From Azolla caroliniana (taxonomy: Eukaryota; Plantae; Polypodiophyta): DNA of 64,000 nucleotides. How positions within the stretch are numbered: the first letter of the stretch is position 1; the number at the start of each line of letters is the position of its first letter. The DNA is taken from NCBI GenBank assembly GCA_043228905.1, contig JBHGNT010000017.1:5456001-5520000 (forward strand). The letters run 5' to 3'. This document shows positions 25,716 through 45,484 of this stretch, one piece after another. The notes under the pieces are model-generated. The model had not been told where the DNA came from. It saw only the letters and a list, made by a program, of their open reading frames with translations, and did not search any database. A program made the position numbers and the translations under genes.

Positions 25716-28700
25716 AGAGGGCTGCCAAGGCGTGGGGCCGAGACAGTCCAGACACTCAGGAAAGACCCCACAGCTATATGATAGAACCGAAACCGAAGAA
25801 ACCTTGTACGATAGGCAGGAAATTTTGCTTCTCCGACGACGGGGGATGTATGATAGTCGGCATCCTTGGCCGAGAAAGGGCAAGGGCGGAGGAGCGACTT
25901 CGAGCGTGCGGAGTTCTCGGCCCGGACGAGGAAATCAGCGGAGCCGTGGAGGCGGTCTCCTTCGACGACACCTTGGGGATGCTGAGGAAGGTAGCCGGAG
26001 AAGACCTTAACGAACACCGGACGATACCGGTATGTTTCGAAGAGATGTACGAAGTCATCGCGGACTTCAGTCAGGGGCTCAAGTCGGATCGGATGGCCCG
26101 AGTTAGCACGAAGTACAAGACTGTGGACCGGAAGGTAAGGCCGGTCGCGGCACCCTTACCGGAGGGTAGCGAGTCCCGAATCAGAGGGGTGGCGTCAGAC
26201 CCCAGTTTACGAGATCCGACCTGCATAGGACACACCTTCACCGACAGGACGCTCCGGGAGCTCAAGATCGGTGGGGGCGGGTTCCTACTGCCGGCGGAGG
26301 AAGACCGGTTTCGGAGAATGCTCGGAAGACACGGGAAAGCCTTCGCATTCTCACCGGAAGAGATCGGGTGCGTAGACCCGACGATCGTGGAGCCGATGGT
26401 GATATTCACGGTACCGCATGTGCCGTGGAATCTCAAGCCGATTCCGGTACCGAGAGCTCACATCCCGAAGTTGATGGAGCTATTGAGGCAGAAAGTAGAT
26501 ATGGGTATTCTCGAACCGTTGAGTGCCCCATACTCGAACCGGTGGTTTACCGTACCAAAGAAAAACGGAACGATGCGCTTCATTCAAGACCTGCAGCCGG
26601 TCAACAGAGTGACCATTCGGAACGCAGGAATCAGACCGACCATAGACGAGTTCGCGGAGGCCTTCGTCGGAAGGTCGATTTACTCGGTCGGTGATCTATA
26701 CTCGGGGTACGACCAGTTCCAGCTAGCCATGGAGAGCAGAGACATCACGACGATGCGAACTCCCCTCGGCCTAGTGCGGATGTGTACCCTGCCACAAGGA
26801 GGGACCAACTCGGTGGCCCACATGGTGAATGCAATGAACAAGGTACTGAGGGATTGCATCCCGGACATCACCATGCCGTTTCTAGACGACATCCCGATCA
26901 AGGGGTGCCCGGTGCAAGAGAAGGACGAGACACTCGGGCCGGACGGATGCCGGCGATTCGTGGCGACACACATCGACGACTGCGAGAAGGTGCTACAGAG
27001 GCAAGAGGATGCGAGGCTCACCTTCTCCGGGGAGAAATCGGCCTTCGGGCAATCGGAAATCCTGGTGGTCGGACACCTATGTGGACCTTATGGCTGGAAG
27101 CCGTCTCCGGCAAAGGTAGAAGCCATCTCCGCGATGAAGACCGATTGTAGCTCGGTTACGGAAGTTCGGAGGTTCCTGGGGGCATGCACGTTCTACCACA
27201 TATGGATTCCTCATTACGCCCACGTTGCGGAGCCGCTATACGGGTTGCTGAAGAAAGGGTGAAAATTCGAGTGGCGAGACGAGCACACGGAGTCAGTCCG
27301 AAAGCTGAAGGAAGCTCTTGCGGCAGCACCGGCGCTCCGGAAGGCTGTCTACGAGAAGGGTACCCCGGTATACATAACGGTGGATACGAGTCCAACCGGG
27401 ATCGGATGGGTCGTCAACCAAGAAGACGGGGACGGCATTCGGTTCCCGATCCGATTCGGCGCGAAGGTCCTCAGTGAACGACAGCGAGGGTACGCCCAGG
27501 TTAAACGCGAACTCTGGGGTATCGTTTCGGCAGTAAAGGCCGACAAAGACTACCTAATAGGGACAAAAGTGGTTATCGAGACGGATTGCCTGCCGATTCT
27601 CGGCATGGTTTCCGGATGCGCGACACTGGACCTGGCGATGCTCAGGTGGATAGCGTACATCAAGTCCCTGGACCCGGAAATACGACACATTTCCGGAAAA
27701 GACAACGCCATGGCCGACATGCTTTCGAGGGTGAGGTTTGATGACGAGGGCGGCATGGTTTCGGAGGACGAAGAAGTCGGCGTGGACTTCTTCGAGGCGG
27801 CGTACGTGACGACCGACGGGGCGAGCACTTCGGCACTTAATGGCTTCGACGAGAGCAAGTACGACGGCGAGTGGCTACAGATCGGTGGATTTTTGAGGAC
27901 AATGACGCCGGATGCGTCATGGACGAAGGACAAGGTCAACCGGATCCGGAAGAAAGCTTACCGATTCTTTCTCCGGGACGGATACTTATGGAAGCACCCG
28001 AAGAAGAGGAACGGCGTCCCGCTCCGGGTGGTGGCGATGAAGGAAGAACAGGAGGAGCTGCTGACGGCCTACCACGACAGCCCTTGGGCTGGACACCGTG
28101 GAACGTGGGCCACGTTCGAGAAGATAAAGGGGAAGTACTGGTGGCCGGGACTGTACCGGGATGTGCATCGGTTCGTGACGACTTGCGAGAGCTGTCAGAT
28201 GCACTCCGTAGTCCGACATCGGGACGAGCTTCACCCTACGTACCCTCCGACCATCCACTTCAAATGGATGGTAGACCTGGTGACGATGCCGATGGGAGTA
28301 GGACAGATGCGGTATCTGGTCCTGGCTCGGGAAGATCTGACGAACCAGGTAGAAGGTCGGGCCCTTCAGAACAAAACGACCTCGGCCGTATGTCGGTTCC
28401 TGATTGAGGACGTGATATGCCGGTACGGGTGCGTCGGGAAGATCGTGGCTGATCGCGGGGAGTTGGACGCAGAAGAGGCCGAGGAGCTGTTCGACCGGCT
28501 AGGAGTCAAGCTCTCGCTTACCACTGCGTACAATCCGGAGGCGAATGGAAAGGTGGAGCGTGGACACGGACCGATCGTCAAGGCATTAGTTCGGGCATGC
28601 GGAGGTCAAGTCGGGAACTGGCCGCGGCTGTTGCCTTACGCGTTGTGGGCGGACCGAACTACGCACAGTTCGGTAACCGGATTCATGCCGGCAGAGCTGA

Positions 28701-29208
28701 TTTTGGGCAGAAGCCGATCATGCCGATGGAACGTACGATCTCCTCATGGGCAACCGTGGACTGGAGAGACGAGATGAGCCGGGAGGAACTGCTGGCGGCG
28801 CGTATACGACAGCTCGAGCGAAGACCGGAGGACGTGGAGCAGGCTGCGGAAAGGCTTCGGGTGGCCAGGACGAGGAACGAAGCCCGGTTTGACCGGACGC
28901 ACCGGCTCCGACCGAAGAAGATCGAGGAAGGCGACTGGGTGCTAGTCTACGACAGTAGCCTCGACAACCAGCACCGAGCGACACGGAAGTTCGCAAGAAG
29001 GTGGTTCGGGCCTTACGTGGTACAAAGCGCCAACGACAACGAGACGTACCATCTGGCGGAACTCGACGGTACGAGAATGGCGATACCGGTAGCTGGGAAG
29101 CGGATCAAAGCGTTCAAGAAGCGTCACGACGACGAGCCGGATCCGGTTGACTTGGACCGCGACGACGAGCGATCCGAAACCGAGGAGGAACCAACGGGCG
29201 GAGAATGA
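25706..29208 (+). pseudogene. Pol (RT-RNase H-integrase) of F, in the -1 frame relative to gag-protease
   Basis: RFIQDLQPVN, DLYSGYDQ and FLDDIP RT motifs; DTSPTGIG..KRELWG..NAMADMLSR RNase H; H-H-CESC, WMVDLV..DRGE..ANGKVERGH integrase; TGA at 27260 and a frameshift near 28700; no chromodomain seen. Confidence 0.92.
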
Positions 29209-30503
29209 AGGCTGGACCGGTTTTCTCCGTCCCAACAGAATTTGGCGCATGCCAGTGGATGCGCGGTTAGGTGGGGGCGGATGTCGTGAAGAAAACCGTC
29301 CACAAGCGGAATCGGTGCACCGGAGCGTGGGAACCGACTCTTCGTGCACGTGCGCCTTATGTTGTACATAGGAGATCCTAGGTTGGTTCGGTAGGTAGGA
29401 AGTAAAGGGGGAAACGGCTCCTTCCTTGCCTATAAAAGGAGGGAGACGAGGAGGGGCGAAGGGATCGCGGAGAGTCGAGGACGAAGTGCTGTCGATTTGT
29501 GTGCGAAGGCTTCTCTCTCTCTCTCTCTCTGGTTTGCAAACGCCATAGCTTCCTTCTGTGCAGGTTTCGGGAGGCTCGCGCTGCTCTGAGGAATGCCCGA
29601 GTGCTTCCGGCAGCACCTCCAACCTACTCCTTCCCCTCTGTGCGTTTACGAGTAGGTATCGGCATCTGTTCGCCGGCCTGTTCGGTTGTAACCGACTTCG
29701 TGTTTTGTTGTCTTCGTGTTCTTGTTGTTTGTCTTTGTTAATACATACATACGTTTGTGTCTCCCTGTGTCGCTGTCCCACTCGCGTCTTTGTGTCGAAG
29801 GGCCGTGTCCCTGTGAATCTACTCTCGCACGTAGCGGGCATCTTCTCCTTTCTCTCTTGCTCTTTGGTACAGGACCCCCGAGGTCCCGGCTCATTCCACG
29901 CATCCGCGAGGAATACCTCGACAACGTACACGTGCTACGTAGCGACACTACGGTAGCAGATAACCGGATTTTGTCGTCGGCGTCTCGAACACACAATCAC
30001 GGAGTCGAGTCGGCTTAGTGGATTTTCTAAACCACACGCTCTAATACCATGTTAAGAATTAGGTAATTAAGCAAGGGTTAATTAGTACCTAATTATGTGA
30101 TTACGTTAAGTGCAAAAGATTATGTGATACGTGTGTGTATGTGTGTGAGAGGAAGAGAGAGAGAGAGGAAGATACACTTATGAACAACACAAGATGGGGG
30201 ATGATTAACTCTATTTTAAATTAGCATTATCATCATCAAATACAAAAATACCCACAATGAGGTATATGTATATACATCTCATGTGCAAAGGTGCACATGT
30301 GTGAGTAGAATATAGGTATTAAGGTTTAAATCCTATATTAAATGTACTTGGTAGTGGAGGATCTAGAATATCTCACTTAAGTAAAAGGTCCTATTTAAGG
30401 CGTGATAATGAACACTTCTAACTAGATTCTATCTAGGTAACTACGAAGTTACATGGTTGACTAACTAACTAAATTAAGTTGAGCTTGATCTCTCAACACA
30501 TAT

Positions 30504-31667
30504 AACACGCACCACTGAAAGCATATAACTTCCAAAATATCAACAATACTGATTAGCATACATCTCCCAAATCACAAACTGTAGGCATCTGCTCTGCTAT
30601 ACATTCACACTGATCACAAATCTCTCTTCCAAATGTGGTAGGGGTCTCTTCCACCACAACTTATTTCCACCAGAAATGTTTCGCAAATGGTGAATAAACG
30701 TGAGAGTTCCCCTGTGAATAACAGGCTCTTTTCTTCAATGTCGAAGATGTTGGAGATGCCCAACAACAGGTAGATGCTAAAACCAAGTGACTCCAATCAC
30801 CAATGTTTCTGCTAGAATCTCGAAAGCTCTGTATTGTGAACTCCCAAGCTCTGATAACACTGTTCTAAAACGGAAGAATAGAGAGCTAAGAGAGAATTTT
30901 GGTTATGCGAAGAAAAACTCTGTTTCTGAAAAAAAGGGGGGGGAAACAGAGAAAACGTTCGTTGTATACTCTACCTCACACACTATGTCTCGGAGGGGTT
31001 TTACTCACACACACACACTCCAAACTCTCTCCCCACACACTACTAAGTGGAAGACTAGTTTTGGCCTTTTCACACTTAGCATGTATGGGGGATGCATGTA
31101 TAACATGGACTGCTTCCTAAGCGTCCGAAAATCATGGTGAAAGGTGGTCTCCTTCAGGTACTTTTTCTTTTCCTTAAAAAAAATAGATGGCTCAATCCTG
31201 GTGAAAGGTGGCCTCTTTTAAGGCATTTCTAGTAACTAGTAATATTGTAACGAAAGATTTTTCGGTTTCCATAATGAAATAGCATTCTTTGAAGACGTTT
31301 GTTTAACATGGAAGGCATCCGGTCAACCTTCAAATACTGTAATCCTTAAGATAGGGTATGCTAAACAATTTTATTTTGGCACCAACCAGTATTTGTATTG
31401 AGAAAACACAAATGATGTGAACTTGTAACCACAAACTATTGAGGTTAATCTGCTGATGAGCTTAATCACTTAAATGCAACTAATTTGGATATTAGCCTTT
31501 TTTTGATACAAGTTCATTTTTACTATCTTTGGTCATTTCTTAACTCTATTCCTTAACACTATTTCTGTTATCTTTCCTGTGTCTCTTTTTATAACTCTAA
31601 TCTCTAGTCTTTTTACGTTTATTCTCTTTAAACCTGTCCCTCTATCTGCTTTATTTCAACTAGAACA
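30504..31667 (-). mobile_element. 5' UTR, PBS and probable 5' LTR of Copia Z
   Basis: 30506-30540 resembles 1621-1655; degenerate Met PBS rc GCTCTGATAACA 30848-30859; LTR begins TGTTCTA at 30861. The right end is uncertain (TAGAACA at 31661-31667 would give 7-bp inverted termini). Confidence 0.55.
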
Positions 31668-31699
31668 GATTGCTCACTTGCAATCTGTTTTATTTTTTA

Positions 31700-32310
31700 A
31701 TTTCTATAAAGATATCCATTCATTAGCATAAAGAAATTTACATAGGGTAGTGATTGGCAGTGGGAACATCCATCTTGGTGGCTGAAAATGCCATAAAGGG
31801 CCTACAATCTTTGAAGGGCAGAAGTGGAGTATCTTTCTAAAAAGTAATAAATTGGAGATGCTGAACAACTTCAGCATCTGAATCCCCAATAAGACAATCC
31901 CATTGTCCTTTTTAAAGTATGGACCATGTCCAGCCAAATGTTACACACCCCTTCAACTGTTGAGACTGTAACTTGATGGAAAATGGAAGAGCAACAATCC
32001 TTCCAGATGTAGCATATGGTGGTTCTACTCAGTAATTCCTATAATGGTTGCATCTCCTTCCTTCTTCCTAAAAACTGCAGGGGTCACTGAAGGAAGTACA
32101 CAAACCATTCCGAAGCAAGTCCTGAAAGGATGGTCCAGAGACTAAGCATCATAGTGGAACACAAAGTGGACAAGTGATGTCCAAACCACCATTCCCCATG
32201 TGAATAATGACAGGGGACATTAATTGGCAAAGATTCTTAGCAGACGTTTCCATACCAATTGTGACTCAAGGGAGTCCCATAGAGAATGTTTCTATGATTC
32301 TTCTTGCAAA
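31700..32310 (-). mobile_element. Degraded L1-type LINE 3' fragment
   Basis: The reverse complement near 32170-32310 reads EES*KHSLWDSLESQLVWKRLLRIF..FTWGMVVW, resembling the L1 ORF2 C-terminal zinc-finger region. Confidence 0.5.
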
Positions 32311-32311
32311 C

Positions 32312-32495
32312 CTGTTACCATTCTACCTTATATGACTCTCGATTCATCAACAAACCTTCCCTCCCTCTGTTACTACCATCCCTTATTTTTATAAAATGTA
32401 TATCTGTTACCATTCTACCTTATATGACTCTCAATTCATCAACAAACCTTCCCTCCCTCTGTTACTACCATCCTTACTTTTATAAAATGCATGTC
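32312..32495 (+). repeat. ~92-bp direct tandem duplication
   Basis: CTGTTACCATTCTACCTTATATGACTCTC...TTTATAAAATG occurs twice. Confidence 0.9.
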
Positions 32496-33224
32496 AGAAT
32501 TCTCACTCCATACACACACAATAAACTCTAAACCCTAAACTTTGGTGGTATTCATGCCTCTTTTGTGTTTCATTTAGGACTACACCACAATGGAGCCTGT
32601 CCACGTTGACATATTAGGCTGGTTTATAATATTTATTTATTTTCTATTGTCTTTATAATTAGGCCATATAGTGACTCTAATGCATTTTATATAAGCCATC
32701 CCCTCTCCCAAAAACTAATCTTGTATGAAAGACATATTAACAGGAGAACTAACAAAGATTAAAATTACATATGTTGACATATCAAAATTTGCAAATGCAG
32801 AAAAACAAAATGGCTAATAGCAAAGCCAGGTTGCAGTTATGATTGAACTATGATAGAAGTTCTGGACAGATTTGTACTTGATACAATTTTAGGCTGGAAA
32901 AATTCTTTTTGTAGAAAAAGAAAGCAGATCTGCTTATATCTTGTATAAAATGATAAGATGCAATTATTTGAGCTATATGATTGACAAAATATGATGGTAG
33001 TGACTTTGGAGCTTCAAATCTAGGCATATGCATTTTGAGTTTAAGGGGCTTCTGATTGAAGTTTTAATAACTTACAATTTCCTCATTATTGATTATTGAA
33101 TGCATTTTAAAACCTTTATTGACGACATTAGTTGACCTAATAATATCCTTCTTCCGCAGAAATAATGAAATTGAAATAACTCTTTCGTTCTTATGTTCTA
33201 AGGAATCTCACACTTTTATTATGG

Positions 33225-41283
<8,059 letters not shown>

Positions 41284-43899
41284 GGGATTTTTGGCAGTGT
41301 TTAAAGTATAATGTTGAACAAATATTTTTTTCAGCAATGAGCTTATGTATGGGAAACTATGAATTACAGGTGATTTATAGCTAAGCACAAGTCTTGTAGT
41401 TACTTTATATATAGCCATATTTAATGTATTCCTGATTCAGGTGAGTGGCACATGGCATACATACTCCTTGACGAGGCGAAGAAAGTAGCTTGTCCATAAG
41501 GGATTTTTGGTAGAGTGTTTAAAGTATAATGTTGAACAAATATTTTTTTCAGCAATGAGCTTATGTATGGGGAAACTACGAATTACAGGTGATTTATAAC
41601 TAAGCACAAGTCTTGTAGTTACTTTATATATAGCCATATTTAATGTATTCCTGATTCAGGTGAGTGGCACATGGCATACATACTCCTCGACGAGGCGAAG
41701 AAAGTAGCTTGTCCATAAGGGATTTTTGGCAGAGTGTTTAAAGTATAATGTTGAACAAATATTTTTTTCAGCAATGACCTTATGTATGGGGAAACTACGA
41801 ATTACAGGTGATTTATAGCTAAGCACAAGTCTTGTAGTTACTTTATATATAGCCATATTTAATGTATTCCTGATTCAGGTGAGTGGCACATGGCATACAT
41901 ACTCCTCGACGAGGCGAAGAAAGTAGCTTGTCCATAAGGGATTTTTGGCAGAGTGTTTAAAGTATAATGTTGAACAAATATTTTTTTCAGCAATGACCTT
42001 ATGTATGGGGAAACTACGAATTACAGGTGATTTATAGCTAAGCACAAGTCTTGTAGTTACTTTATATATAGCCATATTTAATGTATTCCTGATTCAGGTG
42101 AGTGGCACATGGCATACATACTCCTCGACAAGGCGAAGAAAGTAGCTTGTCCATAAGGGATTTTTGGCAGAGTGTTTAAAGTATAATGTTGAACAAATAT
42201 TTTTTTCAGCAATGAGCTTATGTATGGGGAAACTACGAATTACAGGTGATTTATAACTAAGCACAAGTCTTGTAGTTACTTTATATATAGCCATATTTAA
42301 TGTATTCCTGATTCAGGTGAGTGGCACATGGCATACATACTCCTCGACGAGGCGAAGAAAGTAGCTTGTCCATAAGGGATTTTTGGCAGAGTGTTTAAAG
42401 TATAATGTTGAACAAATATTTTTTTCAGCAATGAGCTTATGTATGGGGAAACTACGAATTACAGGTGATTTATAGCTAAGCACAAGTCTTGTAGTTACTT
42501 TATATATAGCCATATTTAATGTATTCCTGATTCAGGTGAGTGGCACATGGCATACATACTCCTCGACAAGGCGAAGAAAGTAGCTTGTCCATAAGGGATT
42601 TTTGGCAGAGTGTTTAAAGTATAATGTTGAACAAATATTTTTTTCAGCAATGAGCTTATGTATGGGGAAACTACGAATTACAGGTGATTTATAGCTAAGC
42701 ACAAGTCTTGTAGTTACTTTATATATAGCCATATTTAATGTATTCCCGATTCAGGTGAGTGGCACATGGCATACTTACTCTACAAGGCGAAGAAAGTAGC
42801 TTGTCCATAAGGGATTTTTGGCAGAGTGTTTTAAGTATAATGTTGAAGAAATAATTTTTTAAGCAATGAGCTTATGTATGGGAAACTACGAATTACAGTT
42901 GGTTTACAGATAGTGTCTTTACAGAACTGGAATTTGCAGGAAGAGATTTTCTTATGGTGGCTTGTGTTATATTGTTCTCTTTGTTAGTTATTCTTTGGTT
43001 TATTCAGGACACAAATGTGAATTTCACTATTGAGTTTCCTGTAGAAAAATAATTGATGCTTACTTATGAATCAATATTGAATTTGGAATTTTCCTTTTGC
43101 ATAATAGAACTGCCCACTTGTAATCTCACTTGTGTAGAGAATAAAGTTTCTTTCTTTCTTTTTATGAAATTGCCTCTATATGACCTAAATATTTAAAAGC
43201 ATAGAAGACCAGAGCTTACAACCATAAACCGATATGAACCTATGACATGTGGGAACATCTGGAGGTTTGGGAGCATAAGGAGTTTGGGCTATAAAACAGG
43301 GATCTAGTTCTCGTCTGCACTACAACATATTGAGATGTGGAGATTCTTGGAAAAACTCTCTTCTTTCAAATCTACTCATCTCAACATCCAAGGTATAAGT
43401 TAAGGTAATGTTTTATGTTTGTCTTTTATCCTTTGCTTTGAGGTGGTTGGTATGGTTAAGCACCCTTAAATGATTATTTTCTTGATTTAAATACTCATCT
43501 CTTGTCATTACTATTTTTTACCTTAATTAGTTTGACCAAATGCCATTTGAGCTTCAAAAGCATAGAGAATCAATTGTTACATTAACATATCGTATATCAC
43601 TACTTCAGTAATTATTCACCTTTGCTAACAACATGCCAATGAGTCAAGATAGAGCAAGTAGAGGAATGCCAATGACTAATGCATTTATCATGATTACCAT
43701 GTTATGCGAAGATTTGAACCCATGCCATTAGGAGAATCATATTATAATATAGATTTTATGTTTTCAATATTTTCCTTTGAAATGTTAGGTTGAGTTGAAA
43801 CACTATAAAGTTATTTCCCATTGTAAGATTGAGAATTGAGATTACTCAATCCTCACCCTTCATTCCTAATGAATTAGCCCACGACTATGGTTATGAATA

Positions 43900-44753
43900 T
43901 ACTCATAATGGTATAGTTCGTTTCCCACGTTTCCTTCAGGGCCATTGTATCTTGAATGTAGCTCAACACATGATCTTGCATATGTATTGGCAAGCAATGT
44001 GTGCCATGTTGGGTAGTTGGGGTTACGTATGAGCACCCACTATATAACTTTAGTCACCCTAGCCAACCAAATATTAGTGCATCTTGTACTCCCAAGCTAT
44101 GTAGGTGTGCTTTTTCAACTTGTGTTGGAAGCATGTTACTCATTTATGCATTTATTATGTTGATATAGCTCAATTCATATGGTTTTCCTCGATGTATACC
44201 TCGTCTCTTGCAACAACACTCGAGTAACGATAGTTGGTACGATAGTTGGTTTGAGCTAGCATCTCCAATTGCTCACACAACTTCAATGGTAGAGCTTGAC
44301 AAAGGATCTCCAACCCTAATGCTTTGGTGCCATGTAAAAATATTGACTCTTGATGAGTTAGGGTATGTGGAAGCATTGTGCATGTATGAGAGTGAGTGTG
44401 CACATGAGCACAAGAAAGAATCAAGAAAAAACTACATCTATGAACTAAGAATCATCATTAAAAATGACGTCGCAAGGGGGATTATGTACAAGTCCTCAAG
44501 GGACTATCCCATTAAGTGTTAGCGGAATCTAGTCATAGACATCCACTCAAGTACGATTTTGTCATAAGACTATTTAATATTCTTTCACCACGGTTACCCA
44601 TGACAACAAACTAGATATTTTAATCTCATTCTTCATGTAGCTAAACAAGTCATAGATATTACAATAAGGTTTGTTCACACACACACACACACATTTTAAT
44701 CGTGCTTTTCTCCATAAGCATGAGTTTACATGAGTTGAGCTTGATTCTCAACA
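43900..44753 (-). mobile_element. Old Copia remnant (A/G-like gag start, PBS, LTR)
   Basis: rc MSNMLPT..YIAWEYKMH at ~44070-44143; degenerate PBS rc GCTTTGGTGCCA 44321-44332; LTR 44333-44753 ends AGTTGAGCTTGATTCTCAACA like the A LTR. Confidence 0.65.
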
Positions 44754-44901
44754 TTATACATATTGATCAAATTTCCTCTTGTTAAAGAAAGAGTTTATTA
44801 ATTATATGTGATTTTGGATCAAAGAAAGATGCATAATCATTTCTTTTAGTGACAAAATCCATGAGATGGGATTGTAAATCAGGGAGGAAGATATGCTGAA
44901 A

Positions 44902-45484
44902 TGTAAAGACAGAATGTGAAAACAGCAAAATGGACAAATGCGCAGGCACACTGTTTTACGTGTAAACCCTAAAACACGGAAAAACCACGGGAGAACAAAT
45001 CTTCACTATAATAGTGGGTATACAAGAGAAGGAAACCAGATTACAACCTCTGCACAACAAAGTATTCCCCTTAGGTTCAGGCAACAAGTACCTCTCTATC
45101 TGTGTCTGCACGCGAGCTCTCTCTCACGCCACTCTTCTTCTCTCTCACATTGTTCTACTCTACAGAAACTCTATTCTACATCTACATTTTTACACACTTT
45201 ATAAAGTTTTGCCTTAGAGGTATTTATACCTCAACACGGTATGGGCTATTTACAAATATGTCTGTTATTATTATTATCTAATAATAATACTTCGTTAATC
45301 AACCGATTGATCGACTAGTCAATTTGACTAGCCGACTTCTATGGCAACTGCCCATTCGGCCCGACTAGTCAATCTTGACTTCGACTTGCATCATCTATGC
45401 AATGTTGTCGACTCTCCATGTCTTTGGTTGTCAGCTCTCAGTCGAACTATCGGCTCCTCCCACATGAGGGACATATTCCTAACA
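44902..45484 (-). mobile_element. Solo LTR related to the D/H LTRs
   Basis: Termini TGTAAAG...CCTAACA; contains AAACCCTAAAACACGGAAAAACCACGGGAG and GGGCTATTTACAAATAT, matching D LTR motifs in reverse complement; no clear TSD. Confidence 0.7.

Larger units (their letters stand above)
22926..29923 (+). mobile_element. Near full-length Ty3/Gypsy element F (tRNA-Trp primed, 4-bp TSD), inserted in the 5' UTR of A
   Basis: LTRs 22926-23561 and 29282-29923 (about 9 substitutions plus a CT-repeat length difference by eye); TSD ACGT 22922-22925 and 29924-29927; PBS TGGTGAACCCGACGTGAA 23565-23582, complementary to the plant tRNA-Trp 3' end; PPT GGTGGGGGCGGA ending at 29281. Confidence 0.95.
1696..30498 (-). 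mobile_element. Copia element A, internally deleted (gag plus fragments), host of most of the nest
   Basis: LTRs TGTTAAG...CTCAACA at 30050-30498 (5') and 1696-7654 (3', split by D); TSD CATAT at 1691-1695 and 30499-30503; tRNA-Met PBS (rc of GCTCTAATACCA, 30038-30049); PPT (rc of CGCCCCCTCAAG, 7655-7666). Confidence 0.93.
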
